DNA from: an uncultured virus (IMG/VR IMGVR_UViG_3300030376_006489)
Lineage: Duplodnaviria > Heunggongvirae > Uroviricota > Caudoviricetes
Reading direction: 5' to 3' (one strand)
IMG/VR virus record: IMGVR_UViG_3300030376_006489
DNA: 64,000 bases
The notes under the pieces are model-generated. The model did no database searches and was not told the DNA's origin. It saw nothing but the letters and a program-made list of their open reading frames with translations. Below are positions 19,779 to 31,300 of the stretch, one piece after another. Every line of letters starts with the position of its first letter. The first letter of the stretch is position 1. A program made the translations under genes and the position numbers.

Positions 19779-22700
19779 ATGCCCAAAGAACCTAAAAAGA
19801 ATCCTAATTTACAAGATCAAACAAATATTGATACTGATCTGTTTGCAGGTGGTATGACAAAAGACCCCAATGCAAGTATCCAAAGTAAAGAACATTGGAC
19901 ACATGCTAGAAATGCAATAAACAATTCAGATAAAGGAGATCTTGGAACTCTTGGAAATGAACCTTCAAATTTATTTTGTACTGATGTTACATATCCAATA
20001 ATTGGAACAGTGTACTTGTACGGAGATAAATGGGTTATATTTTCTACAGATAACAATACTAGTGAAATAGGTATTTTTGATGATAGTGAATGTTTATATA
20101 CACCAGTAGTAAATGATTCTAGCGGATCTTCTGATCAAGGTTGTACTCCAGAACACTGCTTAAATTTTTCACAACAATATTTAATCACAGGAGCATCTAA
20201 AGAGAATTTTGATTGTACATGGCAAGTATATTGGGATGATGGCTTAAATCCATCTAGAACAATGAATTTAACTAATATACCATGGAAAACAGAAAGAGTT
20301 GAAAATGGAGATTGTGTTACATATGAACCTATTGAACCAAAACAAATAGATTGTGATTTAATAAGGCTAGCTCCTCTTTTAGATACACCTAATATAGCAC
20401 TAAGTAAATCAGACAACGGAGGACAATTAAGAAACGGATCATATCAAGCTTTTATAGCATATACTATAAACGGTCAACAAATAGGAGATTATATTGGAAT
20501 CTCAAATGTTCAAAGTTTATTTGATCATGAAGACATGGTAGGAGCATTAGATATTAAACTTAGCGGTTTAGATAAAGGTGAATTTGAAGAATTTAAACTT
20601 GTAATATTAAGCAATTGGCAACAAGAACAACAAGCAAAAGAAATAGGTTTATATAGTGTAGAAACTTTACAAATAGGTGTTGACTATATTAATCAATCTT
20701 TACCTACTGTTCCAATAGAATTCTTACCATTAAGAAATCCAGCATATGAAAAATCTGAAAAGATGTATGTTGTTAATGATTATTTAATTAGGTCAGGACC
20801 AACAGAAAGATTTGATTTTAATTATCAACCATTAGCAAATCAAATAGAAACACACTGGACATCAACAGAAGTTCCTGCAGATTATTATGCAAATGGAGGT
20901 AATAAAACAAACTTCATGAGAGATGAAGTATATTCATTTTTTATTAGATGGATATATGATACAGGAGAAAAATCTAGTTCATATCATATTCCAGGAAGAG
21001 CTGCAAGTGAATATGATATACCAGCAGTACTTGCTAATACCGGAGTACAAAGTGTTGACCAATTAATGAATCCAGGAGATCCTAACTGTTTAGATCCAGA
21101 TGAAAAAGTGTTTCAAACATATAATACAGCAGGTTGGGGATATTGGCAAGCAACAGGACCTTTTCCAACAGATGATGGAGGATTCATTACCTTTAGAGGT
21201 TCAATGGGATATTGGGAATCTACAGAAAGATATCCTATGGACCCTGTAAGATGGAATGCTAATATTGGAAATCCTGATTTAGATTTATGTGGTAAACCTA
21301 TCAGACATCATAAATTTCCAACAGAACAAACAGGGTTAGTTGCTGGAGCAATGGGACCATGTACTAGATCTGGAGTTACTGCACAATCAATGAGAATAAT
21401 GGGTGTAAAATTTTCAAATATACATTTACCAAGATTAAACCCAGAAACAATACAAGAAGAATGTGAAGAAACAGAAACAGATGTAGTAAACTTAGTTCCA
21501 GGTATTGTAGGATATGAAATACTAGTAGGATCAAGAGCAGGTAATAAATCTATTATAGCAAAAGGAATTGCTAGAAATATGAGAAATCATAGATTACCAC
21601 CAGATGCAGCAGGTAATAAATCACATGAATCTATTGGTAATATGCAAGCAGTACATGCAAACTATCCTTTTAATGATATAGGATGTGATCCTTTTTTACA
21701 TAATCCAGGAGGAAGCACAGATCAATATTCATCTGACGGATTAGGAGATGAAGATGATCCACCAGAATGGGCATACGGTAGAAATAACAGTCAAGGAATA
21801 CCACATCCTTCAAATTGGAGTAAACAAAATATGTTTACATTTCACTCTCCAGAAACATCATTTGATAGACCTTTTTTAAGTCCATATGAACTTCATTCAT
21901 ACGGTTTATGTGCAGGAGGATCATACGGTCTATTTAAAAAATCTGAAAAACACCCAGGAGAAAAGTTAATAAATACTACTGCTGCTGTTATTGCAATTAT
22001 TATAGGTGTCGGTTATGCAATAGCAAAAACACGTGGTAAAAGAAGAGTCAAGTTTGATTATCCTCAAACACATATACCTTTAGCTTCTGCTTCTGCCGGT
22101 GGTGCAATTGCAGCAAGTGTGGGATTAGCAGGTGGTAATGCAGCAGGTTTGGCTATAACACAAGCAGGTACTGCTGTTTCTGAAAGTGTACACACAGGTA
22201 GTGCTATATTAGGTGCTCCAGGTCTTGGACAAGAAGCAGCACAACTATTTAATACAGGAACAGCATGGGGAGCTCAAGCACTTATGTCAGGTGGTTCTCA
22301 TGGAGGTGGTAAAACAATAGAATATGACAGAAGCGGTAGTTTTTTCTCAGAACTACCATCTGTATTTCAACCAATATACGGTGTTATTGCGTTTATGCAA
22401 TCTGTAGCAGAAGGAGGAAATCACATATTAGAACTTATATATAATTTATGCAGCTATGTAGACTATGCTTATAAATTTAACGGTCATGGTTTATATAGAG
22501 CTACTTATCCTTTTAATGCAGGAGACTGTTGGAGAACAAAAGTTGAAAAAGCAAGATATGTAAAAAACACAATAACAAATCTTAGCAATACAGTTAGGAT
22601 GAATAATTTATTTAGACCAGCAACAGTTGCAGTATTAGGTGAAGATGAAACAAATGCTGATTCACACGTTTTAAGAGAACCTAGAGTATGGATAGACGGT

Positions 22701-25700
22701 TTTCCATTATATGATAATTCTAGACATCAGGGGACAATGCAAAATTGCAATTGGCCATCAATGCCTTTTATGAAAAATATTTTAGCACATTACTGTGGTT
22801 TAAAATTAAATTTTGAAAATCAATATGGACAACTAGATCAAATAAAACAAATTCCAATAACAAATTCAGAATACGGAAACGGTTATCATTTGTTATCTAA
22901 ATTTTTAGATAGAGATGCAAATGATGAAATTATACCACCAGATATTAATACAACCCTATGGAGTTGGTCATTATATGGAGGTGATACATATGTAAACAGA
23001 TACACTGAAAAAGTAATAATGCCATTCTTTTGGGATTTCTTAAAAGGTCAACCAAATGGATTTGTATATGATTATAGACTTAGAGCCAATGTAATGTTTC
23101 CAATGTTTTGGGCTAATTTTGAAAGATATGATTTATCAAAATTAACAAAATGGATTACAGATTTAACATTCTTAGATACCCCCGCTACTTTAGCTGGAGC
23201 AATGCCTTATGGATATTATCATTTAGATAATTGTGATGGAGGCTGCGCTGGCTGGAGTGGATCATGGGGAAACGATCAAGCATTTTTTTCAGCTGCTGAA
23301 TTTGGAGATGCATCTACTGGAGATAGTTTACAAACAAATGATATTAGTGGTACTCAAGGTTTTGAAACACAAGGTGGGGGTACTGGTAATTTATTAGGTC
23401 TATTTACTGGTGGTGGAGGTGGTTCTGGAAACACTAGTACATTTTCAAGCTTTACTAATTCTATATCTGGTGGTGGTACTCCTAATGCTACTTCTGATAC
23501 TTGGAATGCAGATGATTCAGGAGATAAAAGAGGTAAAGGATTATTTCATATAAAAGATGGTTATTTTTATACACACAGTAGCGGTATTCAAGATTTCTTT
23601 GTTGAATCAGAATACAATATAGCATTAAGAGATTATGAAGACACTAAATATAAAAGACATTATGATTGGTTAGAATTTACAGATATCAATACTTTATTTA
23701 CAGCAGATGTTTTATCAGCAGGTAATTTTTATAAGTATGATAAAGCACTATCAATATCTAATTTAGTTACACAACAAATTTCTTCAGGAGATATTCAACC
23801 TAGATATTATGATCCTAAAGTTGCGGAAACATGTTGGACACATTATCCAAAAAGATTAATATATTCTTTACAAGCACAGAAAGAAGCTACAAAAGATTTC
23901 TGGAGAGTTTTCTTACCAAACAATTATAAAGACTTTAAAAATAAAGTAAATGTTATTAAACCAGTTTCTAAAAGTGGTGCAGTAATATTATTTCCACATT
24001 TATCCCCAATGATGTGGCAAGGTGTAGATCAATTACAAACAGATCTTGGTACTAAAATAACAATTGGTGATGGAGGATTATTTAGTCAACCACAACAAAA
24101 TATAGTTAATGCAGATTTATCTCATGAGTATGGATCATGTGAAAGTTCAAGAGGCGTTATTAATACACCAACTGGGTTATTTTATATATCTCAACAACAA
24201 GGAAAAATATTCCACATGGCAGGTCAAGGTTTATTGAACATTGCTGATCAAGGAATGAAACAATGGTTTAATGAATACTTACCTTCTAAACTAATACAAG
24301 ATTTTCCTGAATTAGAAAATCATCCAGAATGGTCTGATAATCCTATAGCAGGTGCAGGATGTCAAGCAGTATATGATCCCAATTATGATTTAGTTTATTT
24401 CTGTAAAAAGGATTATAAACTTATATCAAATCATGAATGTGTGGAATTTATCCCAGGTCAAGGATTTGTATATAATGCAACATTATGTGATGGAGCTGCA
24501 CAAACACAATGTTGTCCAGAAGGATTTTCAATTATTCCTGAACTTTCTACAATGAGATGTTCTAGAGATTGGTGGGTTTCACCATCACCAACAAACGAAA
24601 TAGCTTGTAAAGATCCATATGATATAATATTTGTCATATATGGAGGAGATAGAATTAGTAATCCAACTGGAGTAAATAATCCTCAATTTTCTTGGGGGGA
24701 GGGAGATGCTAATAACCCTGCATGGCAAACATTAAGAGATACAATGACTTATACATTTCAAGGTCTTGCAGATAATGGGCAATTAGGACCTGGAGCAGAT
24801 GATTCTCAAGTCATGATAATGCAATTTGATAATTCTACTGGTCTAGATAATCATTATATAGATTATACAGGAAATTTAGGAACTCTTTTAGATTTTGCTA
24901 ATAATGGATACATGAATCCAGACTATGTATCAGAAGGAGGTGTTGATAACATACCTGAAGGTTCGGATCCTTCAGGAGCAACATGGTGGGCTTTAGAATG
25001 GGGATATAGAAAAGGAAGACCAGGTGTTAAAAAAATGCTTATAGAAATTTGGGCAGCTTATGATGCTGTGTGTACTTACAACTGGAGTGGTATAGATGAT
25101 AATGACTATCCAGACTTACCTAGTTGTAATGGTTGTACTTATGCAGGATTTGATAGCCCCGCATCATACATTGAAGATGGTACGAATTGGACACCAATTG
25201 CTCCACCAATGGTAAATATAATAGCAGATAACATAGGTGAACCAGGATCTTTAGGTTTTGATAGAGGACTGAATGATTACGGTTTAAATAATGCTTGGTT
25301 GACACCTGAAGATGAAACTTTATTTGTAGGACCTGTTTGTTCACCACAGGAGCAAGGAGCATTTGATAATTATTTAGATTGGAAAAACGACAACGTATTT
25401 GATGCTAGCTGCAGATATCAAAATCCTAATCATCCTGATTTTGATGGAGAATTAACAGTAATAGGTGTTTGGTATTCACCATGGAACTATTGCAAATGTA
25501 CAAATGATGGAGCCAGCAATAATGGTTGTAATATGGATCCTAATGTCAGTGGTTCATTAGGGTATCCTAATAATCATCCAAGCATGGTTAATAATGCAAA
25601 TTGGAATATAGGAGCTGCACCTACACAAGGTAATATAGATTATACAGTAGCAAGATCTTCACCTGGTCATGCTATATGGTCACCAATGAGTCCTGGACCA

Positions 25701-28364
25701 AATCAAGGAGCTACCGCTCTCTATGGTGAAAATGTAGCATCAGAAATATTAGGATTAATACCTTGTGAATTAGAAGAAACTGAAGGACTAGAATGCCCAG
25801 TGGGATGCAACTTGACAGAAACATCAGCAGGTCAAATGGAATGTTATTGTTCAGAAACATTAGGTGAACCTGCAGGTTTTGCTTCTGATACATTAATAGA
25901 TATAAGTTTGACAGATACTGAATATTTTGAAGATGTATCATGGACAATAAGCTATGATCCAAAAAATAAAGCATGGATGTCATTTCATGATTGGCATCCT
26001 GAACTTGTTATGCCAAGTTATAGTCATTTTTTAACTACAAAAAGTACAGTAACACAAACTCCATCATGTCCTCCAGGATGGACATTTAGTTCAACATCAC
26101 AAATGTGTGAAAGAGACGGTGAATATTATGGATTAGATTCTATAATAACAGTAGACGATATTAAAGCACCATGCATGGAACCTACTAGTCAAATGACGGG
26201 AAGAAAATTAGACATAATATTTTCTTTAGATGTTTCTTGGTCTACAGTTAGAAACATTGATGTAAATGCAGATTTAGAAGAAGGACCTCCTATTAGTTAT
26301 GAAGGAACTATATACAAATCACAATTAGAATTTATAGATGCTTTTGCTGTAGCAATGACAGCTCAAATGGCAGCAAACGAAGTTCAAATTGGAATAATAC
26401 CATGGAATGATCAAGTAGTTCTTGCACCAATGTGGTTATATTATCCTGAAGATGATATAACAAAATTAGATCTAACAAATAATCTATCAGCAATAAGAAC
26501 CTTTTTGGGAGTTGGAGATGGATTTACAAACCCTAATTACTCACAAGGATTTTTAGCAATTGCAGGCGGAAATTCAGATGTTACAAGAGGTTTTGATGCT
26601 GCTAAAGGAGGATTAGATTATATTTTAAAATATCCTACAGCAGGTACAAACAATCAAGGAAATTCATATTTAGGATCCAGACAAGGAGAAAATTCTTTTG
26701 AAAGACATGCAATATTTGTAACTGATACAGGACCAGAAGGAATTACTTCTTTAGCATTAAAGATTTCTAATTTAGAAAGTAATGATGATACAGGTTTAAT
26801 AGATACAAGTTCGGAATGCTTTAAAAAAGCAATGGAAAATCTATTTTGGGGAACTGGAAATAATGGGTTATATGCTTTTAACTTTGATAGAAATAATACT
26901 ATATCCCCTAATGTAGATGAAGGATTTGCTGATCCACCTTTAAACACTCCGTCTACTAGTGGATACGGTCTTCAAGCTCAGCATTGGATGGATATGGTTA
27001 GATGTGAATGTACTCAAAATGTTATAAACGGTGATGGAATATCTCCTGTTATGTCAAATTATAATAGAGCAGCAGATCCTACAATGAATATTAATATAAC
27101 AGCAGTATTTACAAATCCTGATAACGAGGATAATTCTGAAGCTTATACAAAAAATGTATTTCCAATTCTTAAATCATTTAATGAATCAAGCGTACCAGTT
27201 TGGGATCTTGTAGGAAACGAAAATTCTTGGGGAAATATAGCAGCAGACGGATCAGAATATTTAAATAATGCTGGAGAATGGGAACCTTTTAGTGCAATAT
27301 CAAGCAATGTAGATAGCTTTGTAACACAAGTAAATTCTAATGCAGCAGATCTTGTAGATCAAATTTTACCATTTAGTGATGACAATAATGATAGAGACTG
27401 TAGAAGATGGTGTCCTGATCCAGAAAGAACACTGGTATGGTTAAACGGTTCAAATTACAGTTCACCAAATAAAATAGGCAATGTTGATAAAGCAGTATGT
27501 AGAAAAGTAACATGTGAGTGTGATCCTATAATACAACAAGTAGTAATAAACAATGGATGGAACCTTTATGATCCAAATGGTGATTTTGAGGGTACCGGTG
27601 TAACAAACGTTGTAGGAGATTGTCCTGATTTTGATCCATTAATTTATGCAATAGGAGATCCTAATTTTAGTTTTTGGGATTGGGATGACTATAGACATCC
27701 TCATTGTTGTGTTACTGAAATATGCCACTATCCTCCTAGTTATGATGTAGGCGGAATATGGAAACATAATATAAGATGTGATTCATATGCAAATTATTAT
27801 GGTATAGATTACCCGTGGGAAATAGAATGGGTAGAAGGTACAGGACAACACGTTTATACATTAAGAAATGTAGAATATCAAATGGAATCCTATATTTACA
27901 AAGGGGCTTTAGCTAATGATTGTGGAGATAGATTCCATGATTTAGATTGGAATTTTGATGAAGCTGTTATTTATAATACAGAACAAGTATCAGGATTATT
28001 AAAATTAAATTTAACTCCTAAAAATAATGTTCCTTTGATAACTCAATATCCAATAATAGGAGCTAATGATATTGAAATATTGTATAGTAAAGAAGAACAA
28101 GTATACAGATTTAATCAATTTTGGGATATAACATTTGACAGAGGAGAGTTTAATCCTGGTATAAGTAATTCAATTTATTTAACACAACTTAATGGTTATA
28201 TAAGAGATTTAAATGCACAAAATTTAAATTATAATAAACCAGCTTTACAACGTAAGAAATTTAGACATTATTGGAATAAAGTACTTCTTAGAAAAAATGT
28301 TTCTGGAAATAGAAAAATGATATTAAAGTTAGCTAACACAAAACTAAATAAGTCACATAGATAA
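19779..28364 (+). CDS. Tail stabilisation / muzzle protein (P22 gp10-like) with inserted vWA-like domains
   Basis: 2861 aa; N-terminal FAGGMTKD...ARNA..., YWDDGLNPSR, FMRDEVYSF, GGDTYVNRY, SWTISYDP..WMSFHDWHP, IWKHN resemble crAss-like muzzle proteins; internal DIIFSLDVSWS MIDAS motif. Confidence 0.8.
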   Translation: MPKEPKKNPNLQDQTNIDTDLFAGGMTKDPNASIQSKEHWTHARNAINNSDKGDLGTLGNEPSNLFCTDVTYPIIGTVYLYGDKWVIFSTDNNTSEIGIFDDSECLYTPVVNDSSGSSDQGCTPEHCLNFSQQYLITGASKENFDCTWQVYWDDGLNPSRTMNLTNIPWKTERVENGDCVTYEPIEPKQIDCDLIRLAPLLDTPNIALSKSDNGGQLRNGSYQAFIAYTINGQQIGDYIGISNVQSLFDHEDMVGALDIKLSGLDKGEFEEFKLVILSNWQQEQQAKEIGLYSVETLQIGVDYINQSLPTVPIEFLPLRNPAYEKSEKMYVVNDYLIRSGPTERFDFNYQPLANQIETHWTSTEVPADYYANGGNKTNFMRDEVYSFFIRWIYDTGEKSSSYHIPGRAASEYDIPAVLANTGVQSVDQLMNPGDPNCLDPDEKVFQTYNTAGWGYWQATGPFPTDDGGFITFRGSMGYWESTERYPMDPVRWNANIGNPDLDLCGKPIRHHKFPTEQTGLVAGAMGPCTRSGVTAQSMRIMGVKFSNIHLPRLNPETIQEECEETETDVVNLVPGIVGYEILVGSRAGNKSIIAKGIARNMRNHRLPPDAAGNKSHESIGNMQAVHANYPFNDIGCDPFLHNPGGSTDQYSSDGLGDEDDPPEWAYGRNNSQGIPHPSNWSKQNMFTFHSPETSFDRPFLSPYELHSYGLCAGGSYGLFKKSEKHPGEKLINTTAAVIAIIIGVGYAIAKTRGKRRVKFDYPQTHIPLASASAGGAIAASVGLAGGNAAGLAITQAGTAVSESVHTGSAILGAPGLGQEAAQLFNTGTAWGAQALMSGGSHGGGKTIEYDRSGSFFSELPSVFQPIYGVIAFMQSVAEGGNHILELIYNLCSYVDYAYKFNGHGLYRATYPFNAGDCWRTKVEKARYVKNTITNLSNTVRMNNLFRPATVAVLGEDETNADSHVLREPRVWIDGFPLYDNSRHQGTMQNCNWPSMPFMKNILAHYCGLKLNFENQYGQLDQIKQIPITNSEYGNGYHLLSKFLDRDANDEIIPPDINTTLWSWSLYGGDTYVNRYTEKVIMPFFWDFLKGQPNGFVYDYRLRANVMFPMFWANFERYDLSKLTKWITDLTFLDTPATLAGAMPYGYYHLDNCDGGCAGWSGSWGNDQAFFSAAEFGDASTGDSLQTNDISGTQGFETQGGGTGNLLGLFTGGGGGSGNTSTFSSFTNSISGGGTPNATSDTWNADDSGDKRGKGLFHIKDGYFYTHSSGIQDFFVESEYNIALRDYEDTKYKRHYDWLEFTDINTLFTADVLSAGNFYKYDKALSISNLVTQQISSGDIQPRYYDPKVAETCWTHYPKRLIYSLQAQKEATKDFWRVFLPNNYKDFKNKVNVIKPVSKSGAVILFPHLSPMMWQGVDQLQTDLGTKITIGDGGLFSQPQQNIVNADLSHEYGSCESSRGVINTPTGLFYISQQQGKIFHMAGQGLLNIADQGMKQWFNEYLPSKLIQDFPELENHPEWSDNPIAGAGCQAVYDPNYDLVYFCKKDYKLISNHECVEFIPGQGFVYNATLCDGAAQTQCCPEGFSIIPELSTMRCSRDWWVSPSPTNEIACKDPYDIIFVIYGGDRISNPTGVNNPQFSWGEGDANNPAWQTLRDTMTYTFQGLADNGQLGPGADDSQVMIMQFDNSTGLDNHYIDYTGNLGTLLDFANNGYMNPDYVSEGGVDNIPEGSDPSGATWWALEWGYRKGRPGVKKMLIEIWAAYDAVCTYNWSGIDDNDYPDLPSCNGCTYAGFDSPASYIEDGTNWTPIAPPMVNIIADNIGEPGSLGFDRGLNDYGLNNAWLTPEDETLFVGPVCSPQEQGAFDNYLDWKNDNVFDASCRYQNPNHPDFDGELTVIGVWYSPWNYCKCTNDGASNNGCNMDPNVSGSLGYPNNHPSMVNNANWNIGAAPTQGNIDYTVARSSPGHAIWSPMSPGPNQGATALYGENVASEILGLIPCELEETEGLECPVGCNLTETSAGQMECYCSETLGEPAGFASDTLIDISLTDTEYFEDVSWTISYDPKNKAWMSFHDWHPELVMPSYSHFLTTKSTVTQTPSCPPGWTFSSTSQMCERDGEYYGLDSIITVDDIKAPCMEPTSQMTGRKLDIIFSLDVSWSTVRNIDVNADLEEGPPISYEGTIYKSQLEFIDAFAVAMTAQMAANEVQIGIIPWNDQVVLAPMWLYYPEDDITKLDLTNNLSAIRTFLGVGDGFTNPNYSQGFLAIAGGNSDVTRGFDAAKGGLDYILKYPTAGTNNQGNSYLGSRQGENSFERHAIFVTDTGPEGITSLALKISNLESNDDTGLIDTSSECFKKAMENLFWGTGNNGLYAFNFDRNNTISPNVDEGFADPPLNTPSTSGYGLQAQHWMDMVRCECTQNVINGDGISPVMSNYNRAADPTMNINITAVFTNPDNEDNSEAYTKNVFPILKSFNESSVPVWDLVGNENSWGNIAADGSEYLNNAGEWEPFSAISSNVDSFVTQVNSNAADLVDQILPFSDDNNDRDCRRWCPDPERTLVWLNGSNYSSPNKIGNVDKAVCRKVTCECDPIIQQVVINNGWNLYDPNGDFEGTGVTNVVGDCPDFDPLIYAIGDPNFSFWDWDDYRHPHCCVTEICHYPPSYDVGGIWKHNIRCDSYANYYGIDYPWEIEWVEGTGQHVYTLRNVEYQMESYIYKGALANDCGDRFHDLDWNFDEAVIYNTEQVSGLLKLNLTPKNNVPLITQYPIIGANDIEILYSKEEQVYRFNQFWDITFDRGEFNPGISNSIYLTQLNGYIRDLNAQNLNYNKPALQRKKFRHYWNKVLLRKNVSGNRKMILKLANTKLNKSHR

Positions 28365-31300
28365 TGAAGTATAGCAAACACGGATATAAGAGAAACAGTA
28401 AGGATAGAAACAATCCTTATAATGTAATACCTTCAGGTGAGATCACTATGAAAGGTGTTGACTTTCCTATATACGGTGTTGATGATTTAGGTAATGAAAA
28501 AGTAATGATGCCAGGTGCACACTATACATTTCCAGGTAATACAGTATTAGAAGTTCCATTACACAACATGCAACAAGGAGGAGAAGAACAACCAAGAATG
28601 CACCCATTTGAAGAATGGGCAACTTCTCAAGGAATGGATCCTCAACAAGCTTTACAAATGATATCATCTAATCCTGAAGGATATCCACCAGAAGTTATTG
28701 AAGCTGCACAAGCTTATGCTCAGGAATTACAAAGACAAAATCCTATCAATGATAAACAAGATGAAATGCTACATGAAGCACAACAAGAACAATCTTTATA
28801 TCAAGAAGGAGATGAAGTTCCAACAGAACCTGAAATATATACATTAGGAACAGATGAACTTGGAAATATTCCAGGTGAATATTATAATTCTACAGGAGAA
28901 TTTAAAGAACAACCTTGGTTAAGTAGACAAGGGTTTAGAGAAGAATTAACAGGACCAGAATATCCTTGGAGTTTTAAAAATGAAGAAGGGTATAATAAAT
29001 GGGATAAAGAAGGCATATCAGAAATAGACTATGGGATAAAAGAATCTGAAAAAGAAAACTTGCTTCAAACATATAATTATCTAGAGGAAACTGGTGCTTT
29101 AGATTATTTATATGATGATGATGAATATGATCAAGTAAGAAATGAGTATAGCGGTTTAGATTTAATGGAACAACATCTAAAGAGAATTAAATCTTTACCT
29201 GAAGATGAGAAAACGGATCTTTTGGATTGGGATGACTATGATGCTTATTCACAAGTAGCAGAACATCATGGCAAAGACTATTTAGGTTATGGAGAATTTG
29301 TAGATCTTCCAGTAAATGAAAGATTTTCTTCTTTTACACCAAGTGAAATAAATGAAGTTCTTTATCCAGGATTAGATCTAGAAGTGATGAAACCAGCTTC
29401 TGGAGAATTAACATATGATCCTCTTGCTTTTCTACCTTTTCCTGCTGGAGCTGTAACAGGTGGAATAGCAAAACCTATTCTTAGATTTGCTGATGACGCA
29501 TTAAAATATGGTAAAAACTTCTTTAAGAGAATACCTCTAAAAAAACAAGCAGATGAAGTTGCAGAATGGATGTATAAATATTATAATCATCCAAAACGAA
29601 TACACTCACCAGTTATACATAATCAACAAGCAAGATGGGCTAGAAAGTTTAATGATATAAATTCAGGCCATAGACTAGAATCAACTCTTCCTAATACTAT
29701 GAGAGAAATGATGAGAGAGGTGACACCTATACCAAACCTCATGCAAAGAATTAATATGAGAGTACCATACAACAAGTTGATAGACCGTAATATAAGTTAT
29801 GGTAATATGTTTAAAGGAGTTCAACCTGGAAATATAAGCAATGTAACAAGAGATGGCTTACTAAGAGATTTTAGAAAGTATATACCTGGAGATCCTAGTG
29901 TAATGGGTAATTCTGCTTTATATCAAAATAGTTATAGACATTTATTACAAGATGTAGTTGGTGATTTAGGATTAAGGAAAGGACTTGATCATTTTGCTAA
30001 GAGATGGTTCGGTTCTTCTGGAGTTTCTTATAGACCAAATATTTCAAGTATGCCTAGGACATCAGGAAAGTTTTACACACAATCAAGACAGGGACCATCT
30101 ATTATTAAACAATCACCACAAGAGATTAAAAGTACAATGGTGCATGAAGGAGATCATTTTTTTCATGCTAACAATATGAGAATGCCAGAGATACAAAGAG
30201 CTGCATTAAAATCTTTAACTACAAAAAACAAATATCAAGGAGGTTTAGGAGAAAGATTATATAAAAAACTTTTTGGAAAAAATACAACATTTTATAAAGG
30301 GGCAAAAAATTACTATCAAGGTGTAGGTGAAATAAATGCACGTATAATGGAAATGAGACATGGTATGAATTTAATGCCTGGACAAAAACTCAGTAAACCA
30401 GCATTAGAATTATATATGAAAAAGAATCCAAGTCTTAATGGTATGAAAAAATGGTTAAATGTAGATAAAACTGGTAAATTTAACAAGGATGAATTCTTAA
30501 CTTATTTTAATACTTATTATGAAGAAGGAGGAGAAGAAAATAATCCAGAACCAACTCTTGTAACTCCTGGAACAAACGAATACCGTAAAGCATATCAGGA
30601 TAATACATTAACAACATATAATCCAGAAGACAACTCATATCATTTTCCAACACTTGATGAAGTTACAGTAACAGATGATTTACCAGCAACACCACAAGCT
30701 CTTAGAGAATGGTCTAGAACAAATGATCCTATTGCATATGCTACTAGAGAAGCGACAACAGAAGCAGCTCCATATGCTTTAGCACTGATGGCACCAGCAC
30801 TTATTGGAGCAAGTTTACCAATAGCAACAGCAATAGGAACTTCAGCCCCTGTAACTGCAGGTGTAGGTTTATTAGATGATGTAGCAATGGGTTTATATAA
30901 CAGCCCATATGTAGGAGGAGCTATTAGAAATGCATGGAATTATAATCCCACAAAAATACCAGGATTAACTGTAGGAAACATAACTAATGCAGGGTTTGCT
31001 GGACACGGTGCTGCTAATATAGGACCTAATACTGGAGAACTTATAGAGGATCCATCATTATCAAACACAGCAGATGTAGGAATGAACGTTTTAGAAATGT
31101 CTCCTTTCTTTGGACCTACAACTAACGCAATAAAAGGCGGATTTGGTGTTTTAAAAAATACATTTAAAACTACAGGATCTAATGCTTCTTATATTGATGA
31201 GTTTTTACTTTCTGAAAAACAGCTTGCAGGAATTACAGATAAAATGAGATCATCCGCAGATAATTTAGTTAACCCTGCATATACTTTTTCAATAGATAAA

